DNA of 64,000 nt, from contig NC_068982.1 of NCBI RefSeq assembly GCF_001194135.2, positions 153,334,399 to 153,398,398 on the forward strand. The letters run 5' to 3'. Shown piece by piece: positions 9,272 to 24,049 of the stretch (positions are counted from its first letter, which is position 1; every line of letters begins with the position of its first letter). Source of the stretch: Octopus bimaculoides (Eukaryota). The notes beneath the pieces were generated by a model, which saw nothing but the letters and a program-made list of their open reading frames with translations, did no database searches and was not told the origin of the DNA. The position numbers and the translations under genes are program-made.

Positions 9272-11744
9272 TACGTAGATGTACGTATGGTTACTCTTTC
9301 AGCAATGTTATGGATGTGCATGTTATCTAAGTACCTATTAATCAGAGCTTCATTACTGCCTATATATGTGAGTCGGTGTGTATGCCATGCGGACTTGTAA
9401 TTATAAACTTATACCTAGAATGTTTTACAAATTTTCGCTGTACCACAAATTGATTGAATTCAGAAGATATGAATCAGTTTGCTTTGAGCTCTCTCGTAGA
9501 ACATTATCATTTCTCGGCTTTTATGTAGCTCAGGACACTTAAGATAGTACTCATAAAAGAATATGTATAACCGTATCAATATTTCAGCATAAAATAACCC
9601 TGTGTGACCGAACTGAACTGAATACGAAACAGTCACATCTACAGGGCTGCTATCTACAGTAATAGGGGATTTTTACAAGTGGTCACGTAGAGAAATATCG
9701 AGCCCATTGTGTTTACACGAAGCTGTTGTTTTTACAGTGACATTTTACCAGTCCTCCATATTTTTAAAGGAGTTATCACATCTTGATGCTTGTTCACCTT
9801 TGTTATTCCCATCGTTATAATTCTTCCTGCAGATAGTATTGTAAATGTCTGTTGCGTCAATGCCATCTGATGGGCAGGTAGGTAACTTACGGAGATTTTT
9901 GGATAACTCTCGTTGTGGATGACATCTTCTATACTTCCATCGCAATGTGGAGGTTTAGATGCATTCCTATCTCTCTTGTAGTTAGATATTTCGGAAATAT
10001 TTATGTTAATGGATAGGAAATGCGATGTACCTATATTGCTGATATTATCTACATTACGGGATAGGTGTCCATGCAAAATTTTGTTTTGATATTAGAGCTG
10101 TTTCACATCTCAGTTTCTGTGTAAGATAGTCTCGCTAAACTTGAAATTGTGAAACAACTATACGCTTATAATTCTATTCCAGAGTTCATCATCTAATCTC
10201 ATGATTTTATTATTTTCCCTGTTGAGTATACACGTGACAAATACATTCCTTGTCAAAATGCTCAGCGGCACTCAGAAACAAACTGACATCCCGTATACTA
10301 CTGCTTCTATCACTCTGTTTAATATAGTTCCTGTCAGTGTCAATTTATATATTGTAACTACCAATATATATTAATGAGCATTCTCTTCGAGTTCTTCGTT
10401 AATAGACACTAGTTTCTACAAGCAACATTTACACCAATACTTGATTGAAATATTATTCAACAAGCGAATATCTAGATTTGTTTCAAATACAAGCATCCAA
10501 GTGATCAATAGTTAAAGATATAGCTAGCGATCGTCAGTTTGTCAGTAGGTAGGTGTGTGTTTGTATATATTTCTTTGGAAACTTGGAAACAGACTATCAA
10601 TATTCTATTGGCTCTGCAATTTAGAAAAATCTCAACACGTTTTGATTGTTTAACTTGCAGACACGTTCGACTCACTTTTATACCAGCAACCTGGCATGAC
10701 AAATGAAAATCTGCAAAAGCGTGAAGGAAATTGAAGAGAAAATAAATGAGAGTAGACTTCTTCGATGTTCTTGAGAGATAAAACTGTTCATAATTTATCA
10801 TTTCTATTCAAACCTAGCTAATGATAATGATTATATTAAGATTTTTCAGTGTTCAATGAAGAATATTCTTCTTCAACTAATGGCACCTGAGGAAAATTTC
10901 AGTTTGCTATGCCAGGTATTTTTGTTACTCATTAGCGTCGATAGTGCCCAGTTTCGTAGTATATAATACTGTGCTAATATCATCAATGAAGTTGAGTGGT
11001 CTTCATTCTTCTATTAGTTTGTGAAGTTCTCCAAATGATAACATTCGATATAGTATGTTGTTTAGCATGATAGTAAAGGTCTACAAAGCCTAAATTGTGT
11101 TGATCAACGATGACAGGTGGTATGTATCCAAAATCTTCACTTTAGTTTCTCATAAGCTTTTATGAGAATGCTATTTGGACGTCCCATCATTTTTCAAACT
11201 CACTTTCATATTCTAGTTTACAGTTATATAGAGACTAATACACTTAAATGTATTGAACATACTAGATCCGTTGACTTTGGAATACTTGTTTATAAGATGC
11301 GGAGAGTGCATAAAACAATATACAAGAACAAAGAATTCAGTAGAAGGTAAGGAAAAGAACGTGTTGAGGTTTTGAAATATTAAAGGAAAACACACAACAG
11401 TGCAAAAAGTCATTTTATTAATATGACCTGTTTAAAATGCTAAAATAACCAGGAAAAATCTCGAAGTAAAAAGACTGATTGATAACATCATCAATGCAGA
11501 TAAAGTTAAAAATCTAAGTACAAAATATGACGTGGTGAAGATGAATATGCATTAAGTTTTTTAATTTTTTACTAATATAATTATAATTATTTCATCAAAT
11601 TCGAAAAGAACCTCAGGATATCTTTCGGGAATTAATATGATCTCCATTTTGAATCTTTTCAACATGAAATACAATTAAATTCTTGGTGTCTTTAAAATGA
11701 AATAGGAGTTGTTATTTTAAAACAAATTATAAAGCACTGATCTT

Positions 11745-11950
11745 GCAGATTTGTTAGCACACCAGACCAAATTCTTAGCGGTATATCGTCTGACTTTACG
11801 TCCTGAATTCAGATTCTGTCGATGTAGCCTTTGCCTTTCGACTTTTCGGGGTCGATAAAATAGATATCAATTGAACACCGAGGTGGATGTAATCGACTTT
11901 CCCCTTTTCCCAATTTTCAGTCCCTGTACTTATAGAAGGTTGGATTATTG
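11745..11950 (+). mobile_element. tRNA-derived SINE, family 2, diverged
   Basis: GTTAGCAC...CTTAGCGGTATATCGTC...TTTGCCTTTCGACTTTTCGGGGTCGATAAAA...GTAATCGACTT aligns by eye with 31101-31313. Confidence 0.72.
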
Positions 11951-12599
11951 TAAAAGAAATTTAAGTATAACAACAGAACATTAACTTGAATTAGCTGTCA
12001 GATAAAACTTAGAATTTACGTCAGCATCAATCTTTCTTTCTTTCTGGATGGCGTCTCAAAAAAATTTTAGTGAAAATTGGTATAAAAAAAAAAAAAGGTT
12101 CCGATAATTATTACCTAGGAGAAGATTACAAAGGACCATTAGTCTTTAAAATGTTCAATCATGCAAACCGAGCTAGCGAATTCACTTCACATATATAATG
12201 GAACGATTCAAACAGAAAACTGATCTTACAAGCATACATTATAAACAGCCCATGAAAGTGACTGTGTAATAATGTTCAAGGATAAGAATGCACGTAGTAA
12301 AAGATGAATGTCACTTCCAGTTTATTACTTACACTCAAAAAATCCTATTAGGATAAATATCATACTCCAAATTTGTGAAGTTTGACATTAGATTTTTTAG
12401 GCATAAAACTAAACACAGCAAATAGAAAACTTATATAAACTATTTAGTATAGGAATTACAGGGTAATTTTTAATAATACAGATATCCTCTGCAGAGCAGG
12501 AACAAAACTTAAACAAAGATATACATTTTCAGGGAATGTCAACAGGCTGAGGTAAGCGACAGCGGTGAGAAGGATTAAAATATGTAATGTAGGAAAGAT

Positions 12600-13170
12600 T
12601 TAATAACCTAGTATCTAAACTTGAATGGAATTAAATAACTTCGTTTTAAGACGATGGCAAAAAAGACCTCTCCTTGGCCATCTAAATTCAGGCTGCACCA
12701 CAGCTACAGAGACAGAAAACAAAAGACATCTCGAAAATTTAGTCCTTCACTAATCTCAGGTGACATTGACCTTGGAGGACTGCGGCTAAGTTTATACTGG
12801 GACGGTAGTGATCCCATGCATGTAGACATCTTAGACTGTATACCCCCAAACGCTACTTGACTGATTAACATGACGTCACAGAGCAATGATTTACAAACAC
12901 TAACTCACAGTGTACTTCATCTTCGCTCAACCATCTCTCCATATTCCACATTGGCATCATCTTTTCGGTGCTGTCCTGTTCCAGGCATCTTCCACTCAAG
13001 CAAAATTGAACTCACTCACTGCATCTTCTAACATCATATATTTTGTGTCTACACCAGCCCCCTCTCACCAATAAACACTCAGCGTACGCCTTCAACACCA
13101 GATTCTCGGCCCTCTTAAATCTTTTCAGACGTGTGTTTTCCTGAACCTATCAATTTGAAGCTATTAAAAA
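12600..13170 (+). mobile_element. CR1/L2-group LINE 3' coding remnant
   Basis: Decayed peptides LINMTSQSNDLQTLTH, YFVSTPAP and VFPEPINLKL resemble the post-RT C-terminus of CR1/L2-type LINEs. Boundaries are approximate. Confidence 0.55.
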
Positions 13171-13964
13171 AAGAAAAGGATTAACCGCCTGTAAGCCATC
13201 CATCAGGAGAGGTGTATACATCTGCACTAGGCAAGAACCATACCTTTATAAATGTCCCAATAAATAAAAAGTGGATAAAATGTCACATTATTTACTGTTA
13301 ACACAATATTTAAATACGAGAGCGAGTGATTGTTTTTATAGTGACACAAGACCAAAGCCTGCACATTATAATGTACCAGAAAGATACAGCGAAAAAATAA
13401 AATAAAACAGCTACCTCATATTACGCTATTTTATGCTTACGAATACAACGACCAACAGCAATGGTAATATATAGTATGAAATAGATATAATGAAATCCAT
13501 TCCAAATAAAAACATATAACGAAGTATCCTAGCGCATTCTAAAAGTCGGAAGACTGTTTTTGATCTTAAGTTTATGAGGATTGCCTTGAGACTAAACAGC
13601 CACGACAAAACAATTAACAAAGAACAATATAGCCAACAACAACCGTCCATCGTCACAAACATGTAAACTAATGCAACCCACAATATTCCCGCTGTCAATG
13701 CACTAACTTTTGAAATCAACTAGCTACAGAGCTATCAACATGTACACCAACACGTCTGTTCATAAAAGTGTGTGTATTCATGTGTATGAGTGTGTATGTA
13801 CCTGTGTGTATATAAGTTTGCGAATGGGAGTTTTTGCATGTGTGTATTTATGTGTCAAGTCGGAAGTGCAAGGGGTGGATTTTCTATAAAATCTGGTGAA
13901 CATTCTTTTAGATAAAATCACCGAGCCATCCAGCGAATTTAAATGACTTTTCTGATAATGTGAT

Positions 13965-14420
13965 AATAGAATGTATATCCCTAAGAATAAAACTTCTTTG
14001 TTTCAGCCAATGACTCAAGGTGTGATATCTAACTTCAAGGCTTTCAAATAACTTATGAAAGCAATTGACAGAGACGAGAAACCTACAGTTAGAGACCCCT
14101 GGAAGAAATTCAACATAATGGACGCTGGGAATAATGTAGCTGAATCATGTTATGAAATGAAACGTTCAACTCTGAATAGTTTGTGGACTGTATCAGTGAC
14201 ATTACAAATTTTCCTCAAGCAGAAAATCTACATCAAATACGAAAAGATATTGTGACACTTGCAAACGGATGAAGGATTTTAAGAAGTAATAGAGGTTGAT
14301 ATGGTGGAGTTGAGAATGTCCCAGAATGAAAGTTTATCTGACGAGGAGTCGATAATGGAAGTAGAAGCTGAGAATACAGATGAGACAATGGAAGTTTCAC
14401 CTACACTACTTAAATTGGCT
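13965..14420 (+). pseudogene. pogo/Tigger transposase fragment (C-terminal catalytic region)
   Basis: PKNKTSLFQPMTQGVISNFKA (LPPNTTSxLQPMDQGVI motif) followed by VRDPWKKFNIMDAGNNVAESCYEMKRSTLNSLW and an acidic tail. Confidence 0.78.
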
Positions 14421-14464
14421 GGGACTTAGTCTTCCAGACAGATAAGGTATTAGTACACCGAAGA

Positions 14465-14797
14465 CCGGATATAGTAACCTTTAGGTGGGACAAACAAGAG
14501 TGTCTAATAATCGACGTGGCAGTGCCAAGAGATCAACATATCATGAAAGAAAGAGAAAAGGTTGATAAATATGGAGACCTGAGAATTGAGATCGCTAAGA
14601 TGTGGCAGCTACGAGAGTCAAACATAAAGGTTATCCCTATTGTCATCGGAGCACTGGGTTCAATGCCACCAATCTGAAAAAATATCTGAAAACTTTCGAA
14701 ATGCCCTACAATCTAGGTGTATTGCAAAAGTTGGCATTACTTGGAACTGCACGCATATTGGGTAGATTACTGTTGTCTGATGTCCTTGTTGTGATTT
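14465..14797 (+). mobile_element. R4/Dong-like LINE 3' end, family C (restriction-like endonuclease)
   Basis: PDIVTFRWDKQECLIIDVAVP...EREKVDKYGDLRIEI...KVIPIVIGALG...LQKLALLGTARILGRLL. It ends at a gap. Confidence 0.85.
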
Positions 14798-15233
14798 NNN
14801 NNNNNNNNNNNNNNNNNNNNNNNNNNNNNNNNNNNNNNNNNNNNNNNNNNNNNNNNNNNNNNNNNNNNNNNNNNNNNNNNNNNNNNNNNNNNNNNNNNNN
14901 NNNNNNNNNNNNNNNNNNNNNNNNNNNNNNNNNNNNNNNNNNNNNNNNNNNNNNNNNNNNNNNNNNNNNNNNNNNNNNNNNNNNNNNNNNNNNNNNNNNN
15001 NNNNNNNNNNNNNNNNNNNNNNNNNNNNNNNNNNNNNNNNNNNNNNNNNNNNNNNNNNNNNNNNNNNNNNNNNNNNNNNNNNNNNNNNNNNNNNNNNNNN
15101 NNNNNNNNNNNNNNNNNNNNNNNNNNNNNNNNNNNNNNNNNNNNNNNNNNNNNNNNNNNNNNNNNNNNNNNNNNNNNNNNNNNNNNNNNNNNNNNNNNNN
15201 NNNNNNNNNNNNNNNNNNNNNNNNNNNNNNNNN

Positions 15234-15460
15234 GGTATAAAAGATGGGCTACAGCAAATATTCTGCTTAATACCACAGATTTGCTTGTCAGTTGTTTGAC
15301 CGTAACCAGTTGAGCAGATCCCTTGGTGGTTGACGATATGTGCAGAAGTAGTAGGTGAGCATCATAGCCATGTGTTAAGAGGAATTCTTTGGGGTTTCAA
15401 TGATTCACCTTTGGAAACATGGGTGTTTTGCTCAACATCCTTAAACAAACCTTATTCAGG
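15234..15460 (+). mobile_element. Partial copy of non-coding unit U, bounded by gaps
   Basis: GGTATAAAAGATGGGCTACAGCAAATATTCTGC...CTTATTCAGG closely matches ~41509-41751. Confidence 0.8.
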
Positions 15461-16018
15461 NNNNNNNNNNNNNNNNNNNNNNNNNNNNNNNNNNNNNNNN
15501 NNNNNNNNNNNNNNNNNNNNNNNNNNNNNNNNNNNNNNNNNNNNNNNNNNNNNNNNNNNNNNNNNNNNNNNNNNNNNNNNNNNNNNNNNNNNNNNNNNNN
15601 NNNNNNNNNNNNNNNNNNNNNNNNNNNNNNNNNNNNNNNNNNNNNNNNNNNNNNNNNNNNNNNNNNNNNNNNNNNNNNNNNNNNNNNNNNNNNNNNNNNN
15701 NNNNNNNNNNNNNNNNNNNNNNNNNNNNNNNNNNNNNNNNNNNNNNNNNNNNNNNNNNNNNNNNNNNNNNNNNNNNNNNNNNNNNNNNNNNNNNNNNNNN
15801 NNNNNNNNNNNNNNNNNNNNNNNNNNNNNNNNNNNNNNNNNNNNNNNNNNNNNNNNNNNNNNNNNNNNNNNNNNNNNNNNNNNNNNNNNNNNNNNNNNNN
15901 NNNNNNNNNNNNNNNNNNNNNNNNNNNNNNNNNNNNNNNNNNNNNNNNNNNNNNNNNNNNNNNNNNNNNNNNNNNNNNNNNNNNNNNNNNNNNNNNNNNN
16001 NNNNNNNNNNNNNNNNNN

Positions 16019-16291
16019 GAATCTAAAAACAGAAACAATTCCTATCATAGTAGGTGCCTTAGGTATAATAAAAAAAATATTCAGACAAATACATAACAAA
16101 AACACCAGGACTTACAAATATATATAACATACAGAAAATTGCACTACTGGGTACTGCACACATTCTACGCAAAACACTTCCAATACAGTAAACATAAGAG
16201 CACCACAGCAAACCACAGCACATACCCAAGGCACACAGAGCTGCGCTCGGTAGTGAAGTGAAAGCACGTTATAAAAATAAAACTACTGAAC
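16019..16291 (+). mobile_element. R4/Dong-like LINE 3' end, family A, followed by (AAT)n
   Basis: NLKTETIPIIVGALGIIKK...IQKIALLGTAHILRKTL and a 3'UTR nearly identical to ~42914-43186. Confidence 0.88.
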
Positions 16292-16327
<36 letters not shown>

Positions 16328-16523
16328 CCTTTCTACTGAAGCACAAAGCCTCAAATTTGGGGGAAGGGTTTAAGTCGATTACATCGACTTCAGTGCGTAA
16401 CTGGTACTTATTTAATGGATCTCGAAAGGATGAGAAGCAAAGTCAACTTCGGCGGAATTTGAAATCAGAAATACCTCTAAGCACTTCGTTCAGCCTGCTA
16501 ACGATCCTACCAGCTCGCTACCT
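16328..16523 (-). mobile_element. tRNA-derived SINE, family 2
   Basis: Reverse complement AGGTAGCGAGCTGGTAGGATCGTTAGCAGGC...TTCAAATTCCGCCGAAGTTGACTTTGC...GTCGATGTAATCGACTT. Confidence 0.8.
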
Positions 16524-16530
16524 AAGTAGC

Positions 16531-16797
16531 TATGATGATTTGAACTGAGAAATACGAAGGTCGTGGTCAGTGATGAGAGTAGACGTGATAACAATAGCAA
16601 TTGATGCACCTGGAAGTATCAGCACTGAATTATTAGCATGGCTGTAAAAGGCTGGAGCAAGAGTGAAGGTAGAACGGCCAGAATTCTTCGCAGCGTTCTT
16701 CAACCATGACCAGTAAACAAATGTCACTTTAGTCTGCTGGCTGTGGATAGCTGACAATTTCCATTTTACCCAGCAAAATAAGCTGTGAGTTTTCATA
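16531..16797 (+). mobile_element. R4/Dong-like LINE 3' end, family B, followed by (TAA)n to ~16915
   Basis: YDDLN*EIRRSWSVMRVDVITIAIDAPGSIS and the 3'UTR TGTCACTTTAGTCTGCTGGCTGTG...ATAAGCTGTGAGTTTTCAT align with ~44230-44517. Confidence 0.82.
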
Positions 16798-16829
16798 TAA
16801 TAATAATAATAATGATAATAATAATAATG

Positions 16830-16890
<61 letters not shown>

Positions 16891-18146
16891 TGATGATGAT
16901 AATGATAGTAATAATAAATAGAATTTAGCAAAAAAGTTACAAACTTGCGAAAGTTCGGTAATCAACTCGATGTCCGTTAAATTATGTGGTAGTTAATTTT
17001 CGACTACGGAACGATAAAGATGAAATTCCATCTCGGTTGGATGTGAACTGAGAATATAAAGAGGCATGATTATGTACACCAGATTATATTTTCCGATCCT
17101 CTTCTAAATCTACTATCCACCATTACACCACTATTCTGTCGCTACACTTTGCATTATACAGTTATGGATGATACTTTGCCAATATTATTACTTACTGGCA
17201 TAAACAAAAGACAATATTTATCCAGTGTTTTCCTGTTAGTAAATGTATATTTATATTTTCATATTCATGGAACATTAAAACCAATCATCAGAATATATGT
17301 CCTTACATACTATTTTGAAAACGACATTCTTTTAATGGTCTCATTGTTCCACTATGCGTTAACACCAACATTTGCATAGTATTTGTTTGGAAGTGTCTCG
17401 AAAGGGAAATAGTATAAATATAATTATTCTAAGCTCAATAGCACAAGATCAAATAAGTTCTTTGAATAACGAAAATTTCACTATACCACATAATAAAACT
17501 GAATATCGTTATATGAAAATCTGAACAAAGTGCGGTAGGATTATATAGTCACGTACACAGAACATAAACCCGTACGAACGAACATGGATACATACATATT
17601 CATATACAGTCTCGCATGCACAGACACGGACACATATACAGACATATAAAGACACATACAAAAAGATACACTCACAAACACACAGACATAAATGTATATT
17701 TTGTTCTTTTAGCCTGGTGGTTAGAATATTTGCGCTCATGATCAAATGATTGGGATTTCGCTTCCTCGAACGAACAGTACGACATTTCCTTGAAAAAGAC
17801 CAAGTGATTCAGGCTTCTCCAGTCTTGTCCATTAAAACGAAAACCAGCGTACCAGGAGTCATCTCTCTCTCTCTCTCTTCATAACTCGAACCTGGTTGAT
17901 ATTTGGCAGTATAAAATGTCCGGAAGCTTATGTTTTCTCAGGAATACAAAGACGACTAAAGTGCTTAACATACAAGTATATATATTGTACACACGCATTT
18001 ACAGCAATGTAAGTATTGCATCCATCCATCCATCCATCCATCCATCCATCCATCCATCCATCTATACATACATACATACATACATACATACATACATAAT
18101 ACATACATACATACATGCATACATAAATACATACATACATACATTA

Positions 18147-18582
18147 TGGGATGATGGCTCACACAGCCAGAACATCAATGGACGGGCTTTTCGGTGACCA
18201 CCTCATTTCCAGGTTTGCTGACATTCCCTGGCCCCCTCGATCCCCTGATTTGTCCATGTATGATTATTTCTTGTGGGGAAACCTCAAGACAGTGAGTATA
18301 CGCATAAGCCCCGTATATTGGACGATTTGAAGGAAGCTATTCGCATGCAGTCGCTCAAATCGACGGAGCAATGCTGGAGAGAGTGGAGGCCAACTTCAAA
18401 GAACGGCTTCAGAAATGCATCAATGAAAACGGACACCACATGATGAACGTCATTTTCCAAACTTAATTTTAACAAATGTTAATTTAATACGAACACATTG
18501 ATGTCAAGAAAATTTGTTTGTAGCTAAAATTTATGATTTTGCGAATTTTCCAAAAACGTTCGTCCTGTCTACCCCACTATGT
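18147..18582 (+). pseudogene. 3' fragment of an IS630-Tc1-mariner element, rosa/DD41D-like or related
   Basis: AHTARTSMDGLFGDHLISRFADIPWPPRSPDLSMYDYFLWGNLK...LDDLKEAIR...MLERVEANFKERLQKCINENGHHMMNVIFQT* (stop at 18466). The D-D spacing cannot be counted. Confidence 0.82.
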
Positions 18583-18645
18583 ATATACGTATATGTGTGT
18601 GCATGTGCGTATCTCTTTTTTTACCTGTTTTTTTTTATGTATACA

Positions 18646-18701
<56 letters not shown>

Positions 18702-21700
18702 TGTGTGTACGTATGATTTATTCAAGTCCTAAGAACATAAGTCAACTTTTGTCAAATAATACATAATTTTGAATTTCAAGTTTATCGTCTAACAAACGGA
18801 GCTTGTCTTATAATTATAATTATAGTCAAATTCCATAACAGTCTCACTGAAATTGTCTTATATATCGCACATAATTAGAATCCCTACTCATTGTAATTTT
18901 GTCGACACAAATCGTTGTATGATATAAATCAAATTAGCTACCCCGGTAGAGACCCATTGTAACTAACGACACAAAAAGTTTGCTACTAACAAAGTATTTC
19001 TTTCCGCAATATGGATATTACGTAACATTACATGCAGTTTGGCTCACAGCGTTACCACATCTAATTGTGTTACATCAGATGTATACAACTAATGTGGCCA
19101 ATTAAAACATCGTTACAAAAACACATTACTAATAATTATAAATGCAACTCTGCAAATCTAAAAACTCTGCAAATCTCTAATGTGTTATTGCTGACAAAAG
19201 CATATTTTATTTAGGCCTAACGCTAGTATTATTCAGTATGTACATTGGTCTAACAGTCTCCGATTTCAACTCCTATCAACACTTCAAATCTCGTTCGTTT
19301 TGGAGCGAAACGAGAAACTCCCCTGCCACTACCGATCTAACACTGAAGTCTGAGGAGGGTAACATGACATAAAATCTACAAAGGATTATCAAGAAAGCCA
19401 TACCCTTTATAAGCGACGGTAACCTGTGCCACTCATGGATATGAGAGAGTACAGAAATTCTGTTTATCAACATATTGTGTCTAAATACGATATGACTTCG
19501 TTTATCAAATGCAAATATAGAATATACTGAAGTAACTGAATTATAAATCATTTGAGAAGAACACGCATACTGTATGTTAAACTAAAAATCAAAGTTTGTT
19601 ATCTCACTTAAAAGTTGTAGCTGAATTTGTAATTCGCTATTAGATACCCAGCACTAGGTTTTAACGTGGGTGTTATTCCGACATGTAGGATATCATCAGC
19701 GAATTTTACTCCCACTCTTATATTCCATACAATTCTATTTACTGATATACATCGATCACTATATCTATAACTTACTGATATAATTGTACAAGTAAAAATC
19801 TTTAAAGATGAATCGGAAATCCTTGAATCAATATCCTTGTTTCCACCGTTAAATAGAGAGCTGACAAGTATTTTTTTCTTGGACTGAAATTTGTCCCATG
19901 TTCCTGAAATTTGATACTTTTAACACTGAGCTTAATTCTAGTTCATGTCACCTGCTTTGACATGTATTTCTCTGTTGAAATTATTAGTTCTTTATTTAAT
20001 AGTAAGTTTCTCTGTTGTAAACAGCATATGGTGCTTACTGCATTCTCTAGAAATCCGAACCGAACCTACATTTCACAAATAAATATTTATTGGTTTTATT
20101 AATCGATACATCCTTAAATACCTTATTGAAAACAATTTACTGTCAATTTTAATTCGCTTATGATAATATATTGTTGCTAATTAGACTGACGCTTATCCGA
20201 TTGTTACCGTCATAGTCAAAACATATTCTTGTCTTTCTAAATATATCTGAGTAAAATAATGTAGTGTTACTAAACCATTGGTGAAGTTTGAATTGAGGAA
20301 AAGTTCTATAATGAAATGATCTTTGTTTACTCGTCAGTACATCCAAATCTCTCATAATCTTGCAATAGACTGCAACGTCGAACTGAACTACTATTTAAAC
20401 CTTAACTCTGCTTGGTTGCATATGCCAAATTGTTCTAACGCTAACATTTTCCTTTCTTGTATGTTACTCGACGTTCCGTTAATATTTATTTATCCTACAG
20501 ATTCTTCATAGATTTTGAAGATTAATTTATGTATCTTTGGACCATTTCGTTGATTGACAAAATGCGGTAGTGATGTAGTGTTGTCATATTGTATGAATAA
20601 TTCTTTGGACCGCATGAAGATTCTGTCAACGTCCGTAAATACATACACACACACATACATTATATATATATGTATATATATACNNNNNNNNNNATATATA
20701 TATATATATATATACAAAGGGGACCACTAGGTGGACTGTTACTGTGCTAGAAAAATATCACATGTAATGTGTCTACTAAGACCGAATTGTTCTCAAACGA
20801 AATTTAGCGAAGTAACAAAACGTATACGGGCTAGACAAGTGAAAATTACATAAATATATACAAAGTTATCAGCAAACTGGTTTTGAAATTAACATTTTCT
20901 TACCAAAAATATCTGTTTCTCATCAGTACGGACCGCTAAATAAATATAATTCTCAGAATCGTATACTAGTTGTTCCCCACGAATGAAGCACGTGTACACG
21001 GTTCTGTTAATTATGTTTATGGTAAGATTTAAAAGTCTTCGTTTTGGCGCGCTAAATCCGGAAATATCTCTGCAGAAAGTGGTATCTGCATCGAATATAC
21101 CAACTTTGAGAACGTGGTTATGGTTAATTAAATTAAAACAGTAGGGTAAAAAATTGCGTTGAAATTATTACTTTCATTTTTAATTCGATAATTCTTCTTC
21201 TTCTTCTTCTTCTTCTTCTTCTTCTTCTTCTTCTTCTTCTTCTTCTACTGCTGCTGCTGCTACTGCTGCTTATTCACCTTCTTCACTCACCAAACTTTCC
21301 TTCCTGCTTCTTTCCCCACTTCCATCTATTGTACCTCACCTTCTTATATGTATGCATGAATATATATATATAGCAATTGAAGCAACATAAATTAACCTCG
21401 CAATCGTGAACTTCGTGCAACGAATAATTTAGTACAATAAGCCATTACTCCACCCTTGGCTGCAAACGTTTGACACTATAACGAAAATAAATGGGGGATG
21501 ACAACAGTATTGTTAAGTGTGATATTGTTACAGTATACAATATCTCCTGGAGGTGTGGGTAATTCATTTTGACTTAATATTGTGGGAGCTAAATACGATG
21601 TTACCCGTTTTAGTAGCCTACGTATTAAATTTATTTTACGATCTGAAACCGGCGGAAATCTACTGGATTCATTTTCTTCTTTGCACGTGCGCTAAAATTA

Positions 21701-23024
21701 TACATATCTCAACGTTCACGCCAACAAATAATCAGAAATTAGGTAAGAATTTATTAACGTGTCTTAAGAATATTATAGAAGGAAGAATGCGTTGGACAAT
21801 AAACAAATATGAAAAGAATGTTGACTGTTGTGAAACCTGTGATTAGAAGCCTGAACGATGAAGGACTGATTTTGGCGCTTTGCCATCTTGAACTCCTACT
21901 ATGGAGCTAACGTCTCAGGAAACATATTTGGTGTCCGATAGCTTTTACTAGAACTGCTTCCTCCGTAAAACTATGTAGGAAACCATGAGAGAAATATTAT
22001 AGTAAACATATAACTGTCAGTAGAAAATGAAGAAATAAGATAGATTTTGAGCAAAGGATTGTCGGAGGGGACTATAAATTTCAGAAATAATATTCTTTCG
22101 GATCGTCATACTACAGAAAATTGAGTATTATGCTATTAAATTCTCCAAAGAAGGAGCTAAAATGTTTTCTACTTGCGCGTTTACAATTTCAGTTGTTAAA
22201 CAACATGTACGTATTTTTTTAAGTGGAAGTGATGTACCACTTCATTTGCAAGAACAACTGGTTGACTGTAACCAATCCTTAGGAACAGAAATTGCTTAAA
22301 GCTACGCTAGGTCTTGATTCTTTATGGTGAATTAATAGTTATTACTCGGTAAGATTACTTAAGCTTGTGTAAGTATTGCCTAAATGTATGATATGCCTTT
22401 AAAATGGAGATGCGCTATAGATACAGCATTCGTTTACAGTATTCTTAAAGTGACATCTCATACATTTATAAGATTAACAACCATAACAAATGGCTCGCTG
22501 TTACTCAAAGTTCCTAACAAACAAGTAATTTCACAAATCAAGTGCAACATTATAGCAAATACTTTAAAACGACATATATTACGTTCGAGTTAAGTTATCT
22601 ATTTTCAAACAACCAGCGTAGCTTGCTTGCTACATTAAGTGGTCAATACAAACAAATAGCTTAAGTAATTGAAAACAGCGTTATCGTAGTGGAATACTTT
22701 TACTTATTCCTCTTTAAATGTCTCAATGTTATTTAATTTTCAATATATAAAATGAGACCCTTTTTATAATTGTGAATTTGAATCTATTGATTTTCCAGCG
22801 TGTTTCACGAATTTTCTCCTGGGAAGATAGAAAGAATGTAATATTATTGCAGATTCAGTAATTGATATTCTGCTTTTAGAGATTCTAGAATACAAGCATT
22901 CATTTGAATCTAACCATGGACGTACCAAGATTTGACATTGTGCATTCCCAGTATGCGGAAATACATCACGAAGGGACAGATATATAACTAATTGTAACTG
23001 AGATAAACAGCACAAGCACGCACG

Positions 23025-23134
<110 letters not shown>

Positions 23135-23997
23135 ATTACTCTGCTTCTCTTAAAATACACACTAGTGCATACTGAAACAGATATGCGTATGTGCACCCAT
23201 CCATTTTTTCCTTATCAAAAATATCTCTACTAATTTTGCAGCATCCTATTTTGCTCCAGTTTTCAAGTATGATGTTCAACGGTACATCACTCCCATTGGA
23301 AAAGTCATCATATAAGATGCCAGGTTGAAGTAAACACACACACTCCTTACACACTAGATATATGTCTAAAATACGTCCGTTGTATTACAGCCGACTAAAT
23401 ACCACATACATATACCCGGCAAGTTCCTTGAAACCAATAAAGCCATCGATCCTGATAATGTTCCTTCCATTACCTTCGAATAGGGCATGCCAGAACTTAA
23501 TCGTATTTTCTTTTAACTTGTTAAGTTTGGAGAAAGATGCACCAACCATGACATGTGTTGGTCCTCCAAGGTCTGTTCAGTTTGATATCGTTTTCGTTCC
23601 GGTTAAACTCTTGCACGTCATTATCTGTACGAAAAACATATCCAGAGAGATGATCCCAAATCCCTGATGTTCTGGGCATAAAAGAATGAGTAAAGTGGTC
23701 AATTCAGCTCTTGGAGTTACAAGGAAGGCTGAGTAGCTCTTGGGGTTACAAGGAGAGACGAACAGAAAGTAAGTAACCAGTTACCTCTCACGAAAAGATA
23801 CCATTATATTAGTTGTAGAAAACAGGAAGATTATGAGGTTGGAGTGTCTGAGGAATCTATCTTATATATTAAAAGGCAAATTGTCTGTCTGTGTGTTATC
23901 AACCACTTCTACTCCTACAATTTTCAAACGAATTTCACCAAATTTTACACATGCCTTACTGGACCAGAACAATTTTCAACTTCGAAAGAAATCTGTC

Positions 23998-24039
<42 letters not shown>

Positions 24040-24049
24040 NNNNNNNNNN

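Noticed and set aside
9300-11450. Microsatellite-free, coding-looking stretch with a 114-aa minus ORF
   Set aside because: No recognisable motif in any frame and frequent stops. It is left unassigned and may be an old TE.
17705-17880. Possible tRNA gene
   Set aside because: No cloverleaf can be formed. At best it is a decayed SINE head.
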